Positions 39,444 through 53,000 of a stretch of 64,000 bases of DNA are shown here, piece by piece. A program made the position numbers and the translations under genes. Position 1 is the first letter of the stretch, and every line of letters starts with the position of its first letter. The notes below the pieces were generated by a model, which was given only the letters and a program-made list of their open reading frames with translations, did not search any database and was not told the origin of the DNA. The stretch comes from Lama guanicoe (taxonomy: Eukaryota), in the NCBI GenBank assembly GCA_013239625.1, contig MU053881.1, forward strand, positions 9,819,957-9,883,956, written 5' to 3'.

Positions 39444-40372
39444 AATCCAATCAAAAAAATGGGCAGAAGACCTGAACAGACATGTCTCCAAAGAAGACAC
39501 CCAGATGGCCAAGAGGCACGTGAAAAGATGCTCAGCATCACTAATTATTAGAGAAATGCAAATCAAAACTACAGTGAGGTATCATCTCACACTGGTCAGA
39601 ATGGCCATCATCAAAAAATCTACAAATAAATGCTGGAGAGGGTGTGGACAAAAGGGAACCCTTCTACACTGTTGGTGGCAATGTAAATTAGTGCAGCCCT
39701 TATGGAGAATAGTATGGAGGTCCCTTAAAAAACTAAAAACAGACTTACCGTATGATTCTGCAATCCTCTCCTAGGCGTGTATCTGGGAGGGAATGCTAAT
39801 TTGAAAAGAGAGATGCTCCCCAATGTTCACAGTAGCACTAAATACAATATCCATGACATGGAGAAACCTAAATGTCCATTGACAGATGAATGGGTAAAGA
39901 ATAGTGGTATGTATCTATACAATGGAATATTACTCAGCCATAAAAAATGAAATAATGCCATTTGTAGCAACATGGATGGACCTAGAGATTATCATACTAA
40001 GTGAAGTAAGTCAGAGAAAGACAAAGTCATGGTATCATTTATATATAGAATCTTAAAAATGATACAAATGAACTTAGTTACAAAGCAAGAAAAAAAATCA
40101 CAGACATAGAAAACAAACATCATTACCAAAGGGAAGGGGGTGGGATAAATTAGGGGTTAAGAATTGGCAGACAGAAACTACTATATATAAAACAAGGTCC
40201 TACTGTATAGCACAGAGAATTGTACTCAATTATCTTGTAATAAACTATAATGGAAAAAAAAGAATGTGAAAAATAATATATAGTTTATGTATTACATATA
40301 AAAATAACTGAATTGTTTTGCTGTACACCATAAACTAACACAACATTATAAACCATATGTCAGTTTAAGAAA
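39246..40372 (+). mobile_element. 5'-truncated L1 (~1.1 kb): ORF2 C-terminus plus 3' UTR
   Basis: ORF 39349..39774 [45 protein letters not shown] is the L1 ORF2 Cys-rich C-terminal domain; TSD attatattgtctgg (39232-39245) / attacattgtctgg (40373-40386). Confidence 0.95.
39397..39441. repeat. (AAC)15 microsatellite inside L1
   Basis: Perfect run; explains the poly-N/V/C ORFs. Confidence 0.95.
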
Positions 40373-41532
40373 ATTACATTGTCTGGGACTATTCAACTAG
40401 CAAAATAGGGCTATTCTTGGGAATTAAAGAGGTCAGAAAAGCAGTGGTACCCAGCTGAGATTTTATCCAGATTATGAATGAGTCTGGGCATCCAGTCGAA
40501 GGGGTAGTGGAAGAAAGAATAAACTATGTTACACTGTGTTACTTCACCCAGATCCAGATCATTCAACAAAACAAAACACTAAGGCTCTTTAATATGGACC
40601 TCGTCAACCCCCCTCCCCTTCTCTTTAACATTTTACTGTTTGTTCACTTGTCTTTTTCTTATTTTCTCATGGCTTATAAAAAAAAACCTTTCTCCAGTAA
40701 GATCATTTTCACCAACTTCCTCCCCATAATCTTCATGTATTCTCCAATTGATTTTTCTTTTGAATTTGATACTTCCTCATTTTCCATGACACTGCATTCC
40801 CTTTGCTGCCTATTATGGCCATTTCTTAGTCTCCATGGCTATGGTTTGTTTTTATTTTTCTTTATATTTCCTTTCCTTCTGTTCATAGCCTCTTTCTCTA
40901 TGACTCTCTTTCTCTGTTTGCGGCTTTATATAACACCACTATTATTATAACAGCCATGGCTACATTTCCAGCCTTGGTGTTTTGCCTAAGCCTAAGATGC
41001 AGAGTTTCAAAGTCCAGCAAGGCATCTTCATATTTTTATTTCTGGAGTACTTTGCCACCACTTTGTGTTTCTTTAGTGAAATCCTATTCTTCAATTAAGA
41101 GCAGCTCAAAGTTCACTTACTTTGTGAATTCTTCTTCCCATAGAGGAAGGTACACACAAAATTTCATTCTTCTGCGTAATGTCCAAAACAGACGGTTTTT
41201 TATTTGACTATCCCGTATGTTAAGATCTCCATGGACAACCATCGTTATCTTTACTCTGCACCTTTCAAAGCACCTAACACAATCCTTCTACAATTAGAAC
41301 ATTCACAATCACTGCCAAGTTAAAGCGAAATAAAGACTTCGGGTAAAACAAATGAACAGACACCTGTGAAAACAGTCTGTCCAAATACTTACAGTTAAAA
41401 CTATGAAGAAGCTGTAGCCAGAATACATAGAAAGGCAGATATAGGACCTGGAGGAGTCTTATTATTCCTTCTGTATATTCTTAGGTGTTTTCTTGAACAT
41501 TTATTTTTTAGTATGTTTTGTTTTCTCAAGTA

Positions 41533-42054
41533 CAGCAGTACCCCCCCTTCTCTGCAGGGGATATATTCCAAGAACCCCAAGGATGCCTGAAACCATGGCT
41601 AGTACCAAACCTTATACGTACCATGTTATGCCCACACACATAGACCTATGATAAAGTTTAATTTATAAATTAGGCACCACAAGAGAATCACCAAATTGCC
41701 AGCACCATTACTCTTGCACTTTGGTGCCATTATTAAATAAAATAAGTGTTACTTGAACACATGCACTGAGATATCATGACAGTTCATCTGATGACCTAAA
41801 GGACACTAAGGGATGAATGGGGGAGGAGGGGAGAACACATATGGAGTGGATATGGGGGACAAAGGGATGGTTCATTTCCTGGGTGAGATAGAGCAGGAGG
41901 GCACGAGATTTCCCCATGCTACTCAGAACAGCTGACAATTCCAAACTGATGAATTGTTTATTTCTAGGATTTTCCATGACTGTTTCCTGGCCACGACTGA
42001 CCAGGAGCAACTGAATCCCTGGAAAGCATAACCATGGATGAAGAGGGATTACTG
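41533..42054. mobile_element. MER44/Tigger7-type DNA transposon fossil
   Basis: TA|cagcagtaccccccc left end, ggatgaagagggattactg right end; internal cctatgataaagtttaatttataaattaggcac and gggacaaagggatg motifs. Confidence 0.85.
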
Positions 42055-42789
42055 GAAACTGGAAACTCCTTGAGACTAGAGAGATTTTACCCATTGAGGA
42101 AAAAAAGTTAACTATAAGGATCCTTCAGATAAGTTTTAGTCTCAATATCCAGGATGGTAGGAAAATTCTAAACTTAGCCAAGGCAATGGGGGAATGGTAA
42201 TTAACCATACCTAAAATGCACAAATATGTATGAGATGTACATACAGATATCAAGTACGTACACATAAATGTGTATTCAGATACTTATGGGACTAGATTTG
42301 CTTAGTGAATTTAATTTGGAGTCACAGAATGAAAATTTTGTTAGACATGTTCCTTCAGAAGTGACTTATTGTAAAGCAAAAAAAAATCCAAAATCTTTTG
42401 TATTGTAAAAATGAGCCGTGGTCAGCTGCCCAGACTCTCCTGAGTTCTGATTCCTGATTCTTGATTGCTTCCATGACAACCATGTCATTTCACTGCCAGA
42501 ATATCTTATAAACAGTTCAGATGAATGGAAATATATGCATGCTCTCCTGAAATTAATTGTTAAGACATAAAAGACAGAACTAAAGTTATTCATTTGTGAG
42601 CTTCATTCTACATGGATAAAGAAGACATTCCCGGCTAAGCCCCCTCCACATGGGATCAAATTTGGTATGCTATTTATTCTTATGTAGGAGGGTGTCTGCA
42701 GTTACTCTCTGTCTGATTCACAACTGGACATCTTGCTTCCTTCAGTAGAATATTAACTCTCACAAGTCTAATCTTGTGTTTCTTTTTTT

Positions 42790-42980
42790 TTATTGAGCCT
42801 TTGCTTCACGCCAGGCACTGGTATTCACTTCCATGATGCAATGAGATTTAATCTTTACAGAAATCATTTTTAAGATGAGGAAACTGAGGCACCAAGCAGT
42901 TAAACAGTTAATTCACATGTAATTAAAGAAGGAGATGAGTTTAAAATAAGCTCTAATGATCTTTTTAACTCATTTCTTAC
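42790..42980 (-). mobile_element. MIR SINE
   Basis: tattgagc..gccaggcactg..agatgaggaaactgaggcac. Confidence 0.7.
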
Positions 42981-43036
42981 ATTGATTACTCTCCTCCTTA
43001 TATACTTCTGAAGGAATTTCATTTTCTGTTACTTAC

Positions 43037-43492
43037 TGTTGTCAAGTCATCACCTTTCTCTGTATCCATGTCTTTGGCTCTGTGGTTTTTTAATTCCTCC
43101 ATTAAAGGAAGAGTCTAATTTCTCACCTCATTCATGTTGAGCTAGACTGTGTGATTTCTTTTGCCAGTAGAATATGGGATAAGTGACAATGTGTCCAGAG
43201 TCTAGTCTTTAAGAGCCATTGGAGGTTTTGGCTTGCCCTCTTATGCTTCTGGTATCACTGTGTTGAAAGCATTCTTTGGCTAGTACATTTAATCAGGGAA
43301 GATGAAAGACACTTAGAACAAATCCTGATGCAGCCTATCACTTTGTGTCAAGCCAAGTAAAGAGCAAGCTGGGTCAGGCAACACCTACCAAGGCAACCCA
43401 CAGACAAGGAAGCAAGAATTATTGCTGTTATAGGTCACTGAGTTCTGGAGTGTTTTTGTTATGCAGCATTACTGTGCAATAGTAACTGATAC
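43037..43492 (+). mobile_element. MaLR MLT1H/I-like solo LTR
   Basis: tttctttgccagtagaat..cttgccctctt..cactgagtt..ttgttatgcagcatt..aatagtaactgataca terminus. Confidence 0.75.
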
Positions 43493-44305
43493 ACTCATGG
43501 TATTCTTTATGCCCATAACTAATTTCCTCTATGACAGAATATGAGCTGTTCAAAGTCCTTTAAGTCTCCTTTTCGACCTACAGAACAACTAATACAATAT
43601 CTTGCAGGGTCTAAGTTTTCAAACAATGTTGAATGAATAAATGTATATCTTCTTTCCTATTTCCCAAACTATGCTGCTAAGTAAGTCTTGATGCTTTGCA
43701 ATAAAAATACATGAATCTCATGTAATCAAATCTTTATAAGATAAAATAATTTGTACTGCATTCTCGTCTCATTGTATTTGTCACTGGAGGATTGTAAAGT
43801 TTTCCTATTTATAACGTCAATTTTCTAAACAGTGAATTGTTTCAAAATACTAGTGTGACCTCTTGAGAACGGTGACTTTGTATTATGGAAAGAACACAGT
43901 TTTAGCACGGTCCTATGACTTACAGGGAATGCCAACATGGGACAAGATTCATTGACTTCGCTGAGACCAAGTTCTCATATAGACAGTAGGGATAATAGTA
44001 TTATTTCTCGTGGGATTTTTAATGCAGATTAGAATAACTGATATAGATAAAGGCCTCTTTGTAATTTAAGAATTACCATTTACTGCACATCCACTATGTG
44101 TCATTAGTCTTTTACTCATTATTTATTACTCATGGCATAACCACATCACCTTGCTCTCGAATATCAATTTTACCTAACCCCATATAATAATTTCATGAAC
44201 TTTATAAACAAAAAACTACAAATACATTTTTCACATGCAGGTAGTCTGGGGCTGGATTTTCTAACTTTCAGAAGTTTGATTCCTTCTTTAGCAGGGCTTT
44301 GTGAA

Positions 44306-44700
44306 TGTATTCGTCTACTCAGGCTGCCATAACAAAATACTGCAGGCCAGATGGCTTAAATAATTGTTTATTCTTCTCACAGTTCTATAGGCTGGAAGTC
44401 CACGATCTGGGTACTGGGAAGATTGGTTTCTGGTCAGGTCACTCTCCTTGGTTTCTTGATGTGCCCTCACATGGCCTTTTATTTCTGCACACACAATTAA
44501 AGGGGGGAGGGGAATCAATCAATCTCTGGTGCTTCTTCCTTTCTTATAAGGACACCAGTTCTACTGGCTTAGGGTCCCTCACTAATGATTTCATTTAATC
44601 TAATTACTCCCTTAAAGATCCTATCTCCACATGCAATCATACTGGGGGCCAGGGCTTCAACGTATGATTTTCGGGGAGGATGCAAGTCAGTCCATTCACA
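44306..44700 (-). mobile_element. MaLR MLT1A0-type solo LTR
   Basis: tgtattcgtctactcaggctgccataacaaaatac..tctcacagttct..ggctggaagtcc..cttataaggacaccag..agggcttcaac..cagtccattcaca. Confidence 0.88.
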
Positions 44701-44705
44701 TAAGG

Positions 44706-46772
44706 TGTGGTGGTTTGTTAAACGTCCAGAATTTTTTCTGATACTCATCTCTTTAAGAGGTAGTAGTGTTTAACTCTCCTCTTCGTGAGGGCAGGCTGGA
44801 TTCATAACTTACTTCTACTGCATAAAATATGCAGAACCGGAGATGTCATTCCAAGAAGAGGCTGTACAAAGGCTGCAGCTTCAACTTGCATGTTCTAACT
44901 CACTCTCTCACTCTACGTCTTACTCTCTTGGATCGTTTGATCCGGGGAAAACCACCTCCCATAGGGAGAACCACATAATGAGGGATTAAGGCCTCTAACC
45001 TATATCCAGGGAGGCACTGAAGTCTGCCAACTACCATATGCATGAAGTTATGAGAAGATTCACCCACTCCACTCAGACCTCGAGGCGACCACAGATACAG
45101 CCGACAGTCAACTGCAACCTCATAATTCCTAGGAACGTTGTTCCAAGTACTGCCTGGTTTCTCCTTGCTCGTTACAGTAAGATGAGACGGGGGGAAAATA
45201 AACTAAAGGAAAGGCCATGAAACTTGAAAGAAATAGGCCTTAATGGTTTTGAGACATCTCAGACATTCCAGATAGTAAACAATTCTAAAATCAAGTAGTG
45301 GCTTCTCAGCAAAGAGCGCATACAGAGTGTTGCCAGGAAAACTAGTCTAAAGATGAAGTCAAGGATGTGACCATCAAATTATTTCAGAAGACCTCAGAAA
45401 GAGCTACAGCAGTGCCTGAGAGCTTCCTGCGATCAGACAAAAGATTCACCACACATATCAACTGAGTGTCTTACAGATCCTCTCGATCAAACAATAGGGG
45501 TGCTAGGAATCTTAAAGGCACAGTCCTTCACCAGTCTCAGCAGAATCCTACAGTGGAGAAAGGCTTATCTGTAGGAAACTGGGGGTGTGGCTTTTGTCTA
45601 ATAGAGTCACCCTCTATAAGCATCACGCTGATGAGGTTTGCAGAAGAACTACAGATGCAAAAGCACTGCCAGCCTGAACTGAAAAGGACAGAAACAACGG
45701 AGAATGAAAAGAGGCTTTGGACCTCCAAAATTCTACTGTCAGAATGCAGGCCGAGAAAACTACTCAGCTGCAAACACATTCTGTGTGTCATGAAAAAGGA
45801 AGGAGGAAGAACCAAAGGCCCAGATGGTGGAGCTGAGAGCCGTGGGAAATTACCCCCAAATCCGGAGATCTTATTGATAAATATTCAAAAGTCGCCCAGC
45901 AGGATTTCACAATAGTTATGGACCAATGACATTTTGTGCCTGTGTTTACTCATTTGGATCCGGAAAGCACAGAGTGGTTATCCGAAGCCTGCCCCAATAT
46001 TACAGGTGCGTGTGTGTACACTGTGCGTGTTGTCAGCAAATAACATGCCTTTAGTTCCATAGGTGGAGGGACACTGTCCTCAAGGGGCCATACTTAAGGA
46101 ACTAAATCCTGAGTCTTATCTACACCTGGACTCAATTTACATGATGAGATTCTGGGCTTTGAGCTGAGGCTGCAATAGGATGAGACTTTCGGTGGCCTTG
46201 AGACCGGGTATATATTTGTGTGTGAGATGAATGTAAACTGCGTAGTAGGAAAGGCTTGGTTTTACAAATATATCCACAAACCCTTTGATATTCATCTCTT
46301 TAAGAAGTGGAGCTTACTTCTCTTCTTGAGTGTGGGCGTGCTGGGCATCGTGGATGTCAATAGCTTGTTTCCAGTAAATAATCTACATCAAGAGTAAAGA
46401 GGTGTGACTTCTGAGATGAGGAATTATAAAAGAGCATGGCTTCCGTGTTGGATGACTTTTCTTGTTCTTCTGCTCTTATACCCTTCTCAGATTACTCATT
46501 CTCACGGAAGCTAGCTGCTACTCATTCTCACGGAAGTCAGGACCACGTGACTAGGAACACTGGCCTCGGGCCAACAGCCAGCATGGGATGGAAACCTTCA
46601 ACATCCACGAGTGAGCTTGGAAGCAGGTTTTCAGCCTCAGTCGAGTCTCCAGATGACTGTAGCTGGGGCTAATGTCTGACTGCAATCTCATGAGAGATCC
46701 TGAGCCAGAATCACCCAGCTAAGCCACTAAATGTTGAGTGTAATCTGTTATGCTGCAACAGATGACAAATAT
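44706..46772 (+). mobile_element. MaLR MLT1E/F-type provirus: 5' LTR (~44706-45120, 3'-truncated), MLT1-internal (~45125-46235), 3' LTR (~46240-46772)
   Basis: The two LTRs share tgata(c/t)tcatctctttaaga(g/a)gt and ctgcaa(c/t)ctcat in the same orientation; the interval has MLT-int-like motifs (ctggtttctccttgct..cagtaagatgag; tgggctttgagctga..gatgagacttt). Confidence 0.75.
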
Positions 46773-48099
46773 GGGGGAAAACCTTTCACCATCCTGTACA
46801 GGTAAACCTACCTATTCCATAGATAAGGCAGCTGATGTATAAAAATGGCAAAAGGATTTTTCTCAAACCACACTGTTAATAAATGGCAGGAAAAAGATTT
46901 GAATTCACATTTTGGTGTCTCAGAAGAAAAAAGAAAAAAAAAGCCAGTTGTGTGTAAATAAAAGTCAAAATATAAGGAAACTACAATCGTTTATAAAAAT
47001 AATGTTTGGGCTGAGACAAAAAGTCCAATAATGAGATTGAAAATTACCACCTGCTTGAGGAATAACTGAGGTGTTGGGCAGGCAGAGAAAAGTACAGGAG
47101 ATGCTTAAATCCATATACCACAGGGGCCAGGACATCTGGTAAAAAAGAGGTGAGCCATTCCTTCTCAATTCCAGCTTTCCCAATTATGTTAATTGTAACA
47201 GAACTTGGCTTGCTGGCAATGCAGAGCTAGTGAGGCATTTGACACACTGTAGAATTTAAGTTCAAAAGTAAAATTGTTTAATGAATGCACACCCTATTCC
47301 TTATTCATTATGCAAAGTCGGGTTGTAGAGTTTTTCAATATGTGCTCTAATTCCCTTTAAGAAACGTGATTCCACATTCCTCATATTAGTGCAGGAGGGG
47401 GGAAAAAGATATTCTGCTGGAAGAGGCTCTGGGGTCAGTTAGAAATTCTCTGCTCTGTTTTTAAAAGAAAGGTATAATCCCCTTTTCTCAGCAATTGTGT
47501 TTTATTCTGTTGAAGGTTGATGGCTGTAAAACACAGCACCTCCCCTTCAACTTTTCCATATAACTTGATTAGACAGGAATAATCTCTTATGCTTTCATGC
47601 ACAAATTTAGGAGTGACCCAGAACAAACGAGTTTCCTTCATCACCATAGCAACCAGGACTATGGAAAAATGCCACTTACTAGGCTATGCAAGTCAGATTT
47701 CATTCCTTTGATGTTAATTAACAAATTGCTTTCAGAAAATCAATGAGTTCCCCTGCTCCCCTCTAAATGTTTGTGATATATATTTTTTTAATATTTCCTC
47801 AAGTGATGTGGTATAGGGATGGATCGGAGAGACAGAGAGGAACGGAGCACTACCTTCTCCTGGTGTAACACACAGATGATTAGGAATGCAAGAGTGCATG
47901 TGGCCAAGATTAGTACTCACTTGGACCTCTTGGGCATTGAGGCACAAACCTAAATTCCTGTTTTCCTACTACACAATTTTCCTTCCTCATGGAAAATGGT
48001 AACTGCTTCTGTTCCAGAAAAAAAGTACGAATATATATATATATGCTAAACAAAAGAGCTATCACAAAATTTGTTGTAGAAACTTGTAATTAGATTCCT

Positions 48100-48500
48100 C
48101 TATTTTTCTTAACATGCTCCTGGGAATGTAAAATCTCTCAAGGGAAATTTGGTGATCTTCACCAAAAACCTTTACATACCTTTCACTCAGAAATTTGACT
48201 CCTAAGAGAATTATTACAAAGAGATATACTCAGAGAAGGGTACACAGATAAATGTACATGGGTAGTCTTCACAGTGATATTTATAATAAATGTTAAAAAT
48301 GTGACAATGAACATATATATGTTCATGTGTAACCGAAAAATTGTGCTCTACACTGGAATTTGACATTGTAAAGTGACTATAACTCAATAAAAAATGTTAA
48401 AAAAATAAAAATAATAAAAAAATAAAAAACAAAGTTTCTAAACGCACACACACACAGAAATAAAGTTGGAAACATTCTAAAGGACAATGAGGGATTAAAG
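48100..48500 (+). mobile_element. Old L1ME-like fragment with a short young L1 3' end (~48285-48430) inserted
   Basis: tgggaatgtaaa..gggaaatttgg..catacctttcactcagaaattt; young part atgttcatgtgtaaccgaaaaattgtgctctacactggaatttgac..aactcaataaaaaa. Confidence 0.7.
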
Positions 48501-49532
48501 TGATCTAAAATGTGTTTTTAGAGAAATTAAACAGGGTTTATAAACTTTTAAGTGGAAAGAGCAGGCTCAAAAAGAGACTGCCCAGATGATGCATTAAAAA
48601 AAATAAATAAGTTTCCAAGCAAAAGTTTCAGAATTTGGCAAAAGAATAAATAAACCTCACATGAAGGGTTTTCTCTTTGTGTGTGTGTCTCTTCCCGAGG
48701 TTTGCAGCTGTTTTAACTGCACATATGTGATGGGATATGAAATGATTTTGACAGAAATATATGAAAGATCTAGTTACCTGTAACAGGTCCTCAGACAGGT
48801 GTGCACCTATCTTTTTTACTAGATGATGAAAGTTTATTCAAAGATATCATGTCACTGGTCCCAAGAAGTCTTACCACTCTATTCACTGTAATCTGATGTG
48901 AAAGAACAATTCAAAGAAGGTATACTTGGAATTTGCTTAATTAAGTTATTGATAAAAGGATTAAAAACTGACATTTTCAAACACACTGAGTCTTACCAAA
49001 AAACCCAATTATTAAAAACCATTATCTACTTATAAGTCATGAAAATAATTTCTAGATAAAATGCTGTAAGGGTCAGACACAAATGTACAAATGTGATCAG
49101 AGTCTCTTTTCAGCTCCAGGATGAAACCTGAAAGTCTTTTGAAATAAAATTCATGAAGAGCAATTATTTTCAAGTTATTTTGACCAGTAGAATCATTCAA
49201 AGAAAATTTTATTCAAAGAAAAACCAATAGACAAAACTAAATGAAATACGGTGTGTCCAGCTGGAAGGGCTGAAGGAGCCATCTCGAGCCCACCCACTTT
49301 ATTCTATGAACGATAGTCTGGAAACCACCATGGCAGAAGATAGCTTTTACAGCTCCACCCCATACACTCTTGCCTTTCTTTTAAAAATCAGAGAGCTAGG
49401 GACTAAGTCAGGATATCTAGGCTCTTGCAACAACAGCCACAGGGTAATGCAACAGTGAACAAGAAATTAACCATTTTGCACTTCCGTTTTCTTGGCTATA
49501 AAATGAGAAGATGGATTAGATTGTTTCTCTAT

Positions 49533-50054
49533 ATGGAGGGCATCCTCTGAAATGGCTTCCAGTGGTCCAACCTCTTGGTAGTCATGCCCTGTGTAAATTG
49601 CTCTCTTCAATTCCCTCTCTTTGAGTGTGGGCTGAACCTAATTAATTCACTTCTCATAAATAGAATAAGATGAAAGTGACAGAACGAAACTTCTGAGATT
49701 ATGGTGCAAGGACCGTGATCTTCGTCAGTCTCTCTCTCTCCTCCTTCCTCCTCCAACCCCCCACCATTTTCTCTCTTGAAAGGACTCTTCTAGCTTGTGA
49801 ACAGCCCTATGGAGAGGTCCATGAAGTGAGTGGGCCTGGAAGTGAATCCTCCCGAAGTCAAGGCTTAGGATGACCGAAGCCCTGGTCAGCACTTCAGTTA
49901 CAGTCTCGATTGCAGCCTAGTGAGAGACCACAACCAGCAGGCAAACTAAGTGTGCCTGGATCCCTGACCCATAGAATTTCAAAGGTATCACAGGCTTGTA
50001 GTTTTAAGGTGCAAAGTTTTGAGGTAATTCTGCACAGAATCAGGTAACTACACA
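49533..50054 (+). mobile_element. MaLR MLT1E/F-like solo LTR
   Basis: tcatgccctgtgt..ttgagtgtgggctgaaccta..acttctgagatta..gccctatggagaggtccatg..tgcagcct..gtgagagacc..ctgacccatagaa. Confidence 0.78.
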
Positions 50055-53000
50055 TAGCAGATCATGTTTTCTTCTATTTCTGAGGTTCTTTCCTTTGAAA
50101 AGGTGTTTAAAGAGCATTGGCAGTTACCTATGAATCCAGAGCAAAGCTTGATAGCTTAAAAAAGCAATTTACCCTGATTTTGAATTTTGAATCATCTTTT
50201 GAAAAATCCATTCTTCCTAGTTTTTATTCCTCATCCTGTCTAGATGCTGGAATGAACTACGTACTGAACTTGCCTCAAAATCATAGACACTCCGCACTCC
50301 TTCTTCTGGCCTTTACAGTATCTGTGACATAAGTGGCTGACAATTCACATTAGGGATCCCACTGAGTTGAATTCAGCTTTGAGAGGAAACCATTCTTTCC
50401 TCTTAAGAAGCATAAATGCAAAGGCCCTTTAAGAGTTAAAGGGAAACTGTTCAGGAAATTTTTTGCCAAATCAAAGCCAAATTGCATGATCTTAAAGAGA
50501 AGCCGTTTTCACCCTACTACCTTGTATAGATAGCTTAAGCTCGTAACATGGTCCTGTTCATCACAACTGGTCGAGTCTTTGTGAATTACCACTCAAAATA
50601 AATTCCATAACCACGCTTTATATAATCTCATATTTCTTAGGCATTATATGCTAACTTGTAATGAACTAAACTAACTATACCCCACTCCTCCAACTCACCC
50701 TACATTCAAATTACATAATCTCCCTGAAGAAAAAATGCAATATTTACTGCGTCTTTACAAAATAAGACAGTAAGCATCCAACAGGTGTTTAAACTGCAAA
50801 TGCTTTGGGAGTTGATGGAATTATCATTTTGTGTATTTCTTAGTGCCAATTACTATGTTGCCTAAGAGGCACTCACATATTATTTGTTGAAAGAAATGAC
50901 ATTCTAATATGAAACAGTAATCTACCCCTCTCCCCAAAATTCCAGTCTTACTCCCACCCATAGAGTATAACTATCTCCATTATTATTTTTTTTGAAATCC
51001 TAGGTAGAGCAACCAACTCTAACATAACAAAACAACTCTAGAATATGGGGCATAAATTTGCTAATAAAACATATAATAAATAGTACCAAAGTAAAGACCA
51101 AAAAAATCCAGTTTTCTCTCATAACGTCCTGAAATGTACCTCTGAGCACCCCTTCCTGGGACCACATGCAGTCTGGCCTGTTCACTTAATATTCATATTC
51201 ATGTTTGGGAGAGGAGGAAATGTCCCTCTATGTAGGTCGATGAGAAACTGGAGGCACCTCTGCAAAGTCAGCTGTCTTGAAGCCACCGTGACCACATTTG
51301 ATCTGTAAGCGTGGAAAACGGGAAGCCAATTTGGTGGCCTCCGTTTGATAGGCCAGCTCTTTGGAAAAACTGAAAGGTAGAAGAGAGCCAGGAAGGCTCT
51401 TGACACTGTATGACAGTGTCAGGGGAAAAGCAGAAAGTCACATTAGCATGTGATTATGCTGACAATCAACCGGAGTCACCTAGCACCCATTTTTGATTAG
51501 AGATTAGATGGTGGAATTGACAGACCCGAGATGCATTATGAAGTTGTGCATTCAAGTAGCACCACCGAGGAGAAGAGCTAACACGAACTTCCTTTTGGAG
51601 TATATTTTGGGAGGCTCATTTTTCTAAAGGAAAAAAAAGAAAAAAAGAAAAACTCACGTATACTATCTAGCATAGCATCTTTATGCCCAGATGACCTATT
51701 TTCTTATAAAAGCAAGAAGCACTGGAGTTTCCAAGAGTAGACACTAAATGAAATAACACATCTTAATTCCAAATATAAGAAAAAACTTAAAAGATTACTA
51801 TTTAATTCTCTTTACTTTGGGAGGATTTTTTTCAAAGATAATTCTTAAATTATAAGCTGCTGTAACTATTATTTACAAATCACTATCATAGCTACATGGG
51901 ATGCCAAATATTAAAATGTGTCCAAAAAGAATAGCTTTCAGTCCTAGCTATTTATTAATCACCTGGGGAGATTATTTTTTTAAAAACCACTGAGAGAGAG
52001 AGAGAGAGCGCGATTCCTTAGATCATATTGAACGAGAAAGTTTAGGGCTGGGAACCAGAAACAAGTATTCCTAAAAGTTCAAAATTTCATTAAAATATGT
52101 TCCCAGGCATCCTTAGAAAAGAGAGAGGAAAATCAGTGCTTGAATCTATGATTCTGTCCAGAAGCACGTATGACCTCACTGCCGCTCGTCTGTGGCCAGT
52201 AACTGTTTCTCACTTTCAGACCACGTCTCTGTCTTACACTAGATGCTCCTCCATCCTCACTTTCTGGAGCATACCATGCTCAAGAGGATGGTGCTTCCTT
52301 CCAAACATGGGGAAGACTGGTTTCCGAGCAGTCCATGGACTGAGGGATCTGAGACTCTGCTGGATTTCTCCCTGGGAAAGTTCCCTTCTCTTCTGCCAGC
52401 GCCTTGAGGGAAGAGTTGTAAAGAAGTTTCAGGGAAATGAAATCTTTCCTGAGCTTATCTATGATCTCCTTGTTATCTGCAGCAATTTTGCTTCCTCTGG
52501 GTTCAGTTGGATTAACCAAGCAGCCCTCCCCGCAGGAAAAGTGAGAGTGGCTTTCTGTCCACACTCTGGGTGGGAGACTCTCCTCTGTTTCTGCATGCTT
52601 TACAGCATTCTTTGTTGTTGTTGTTCTGTGGTTTTCAAGGATGGTTGTGTAGCAAACAGCATTAGAACACAGAGATCCTGTCTTTCTCTAGGGGTGAGGG
52701 CAGATTTCTCTCCTGACCAGAATAATAAAGGTACCATCTTCCCTCTAGGCAAGCAAAGATCAGGAAGTTTCAACTCCTCATAAACTTGAGCGGGGGAGGT
52801 GTTCTAAGCTTTCAGTTCCTCCGCTGTGGTGCAAGCCCACTGTGGGCAACACCCACCTGGGCCACCCCACATCACCCTTGTGAGCCTTGGGGTCAGGAAG
52901 AACCCAGGGGAACACAGAGCCTTTGCTTCCTGCTGTACCACGAGCAATAAAGTGATTTTTTTTTTCCTGAGCCAGGAGTCCTGTGTGCCAAGGCCCATGA

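Noticed and set aside
39018..39774. Poly-Asn, poly-Val and poly-Cys ORFs
   Set aside because: Translations of (AAC)15 within a dead L1
40474..40950. 158-aa hydrophobic ORF resembling a membrane protein
   Set aside because: The Phe/Leu richness follows from T-rich low-complexity DNA; no recognisable family or splice context
48307..48326. Perfect 20-bp palindrome atgaacatatatatgttcat
   Set aside because: Minor variant of the AT-rich L1 3' UTR sequence (compare ~55583-55603)
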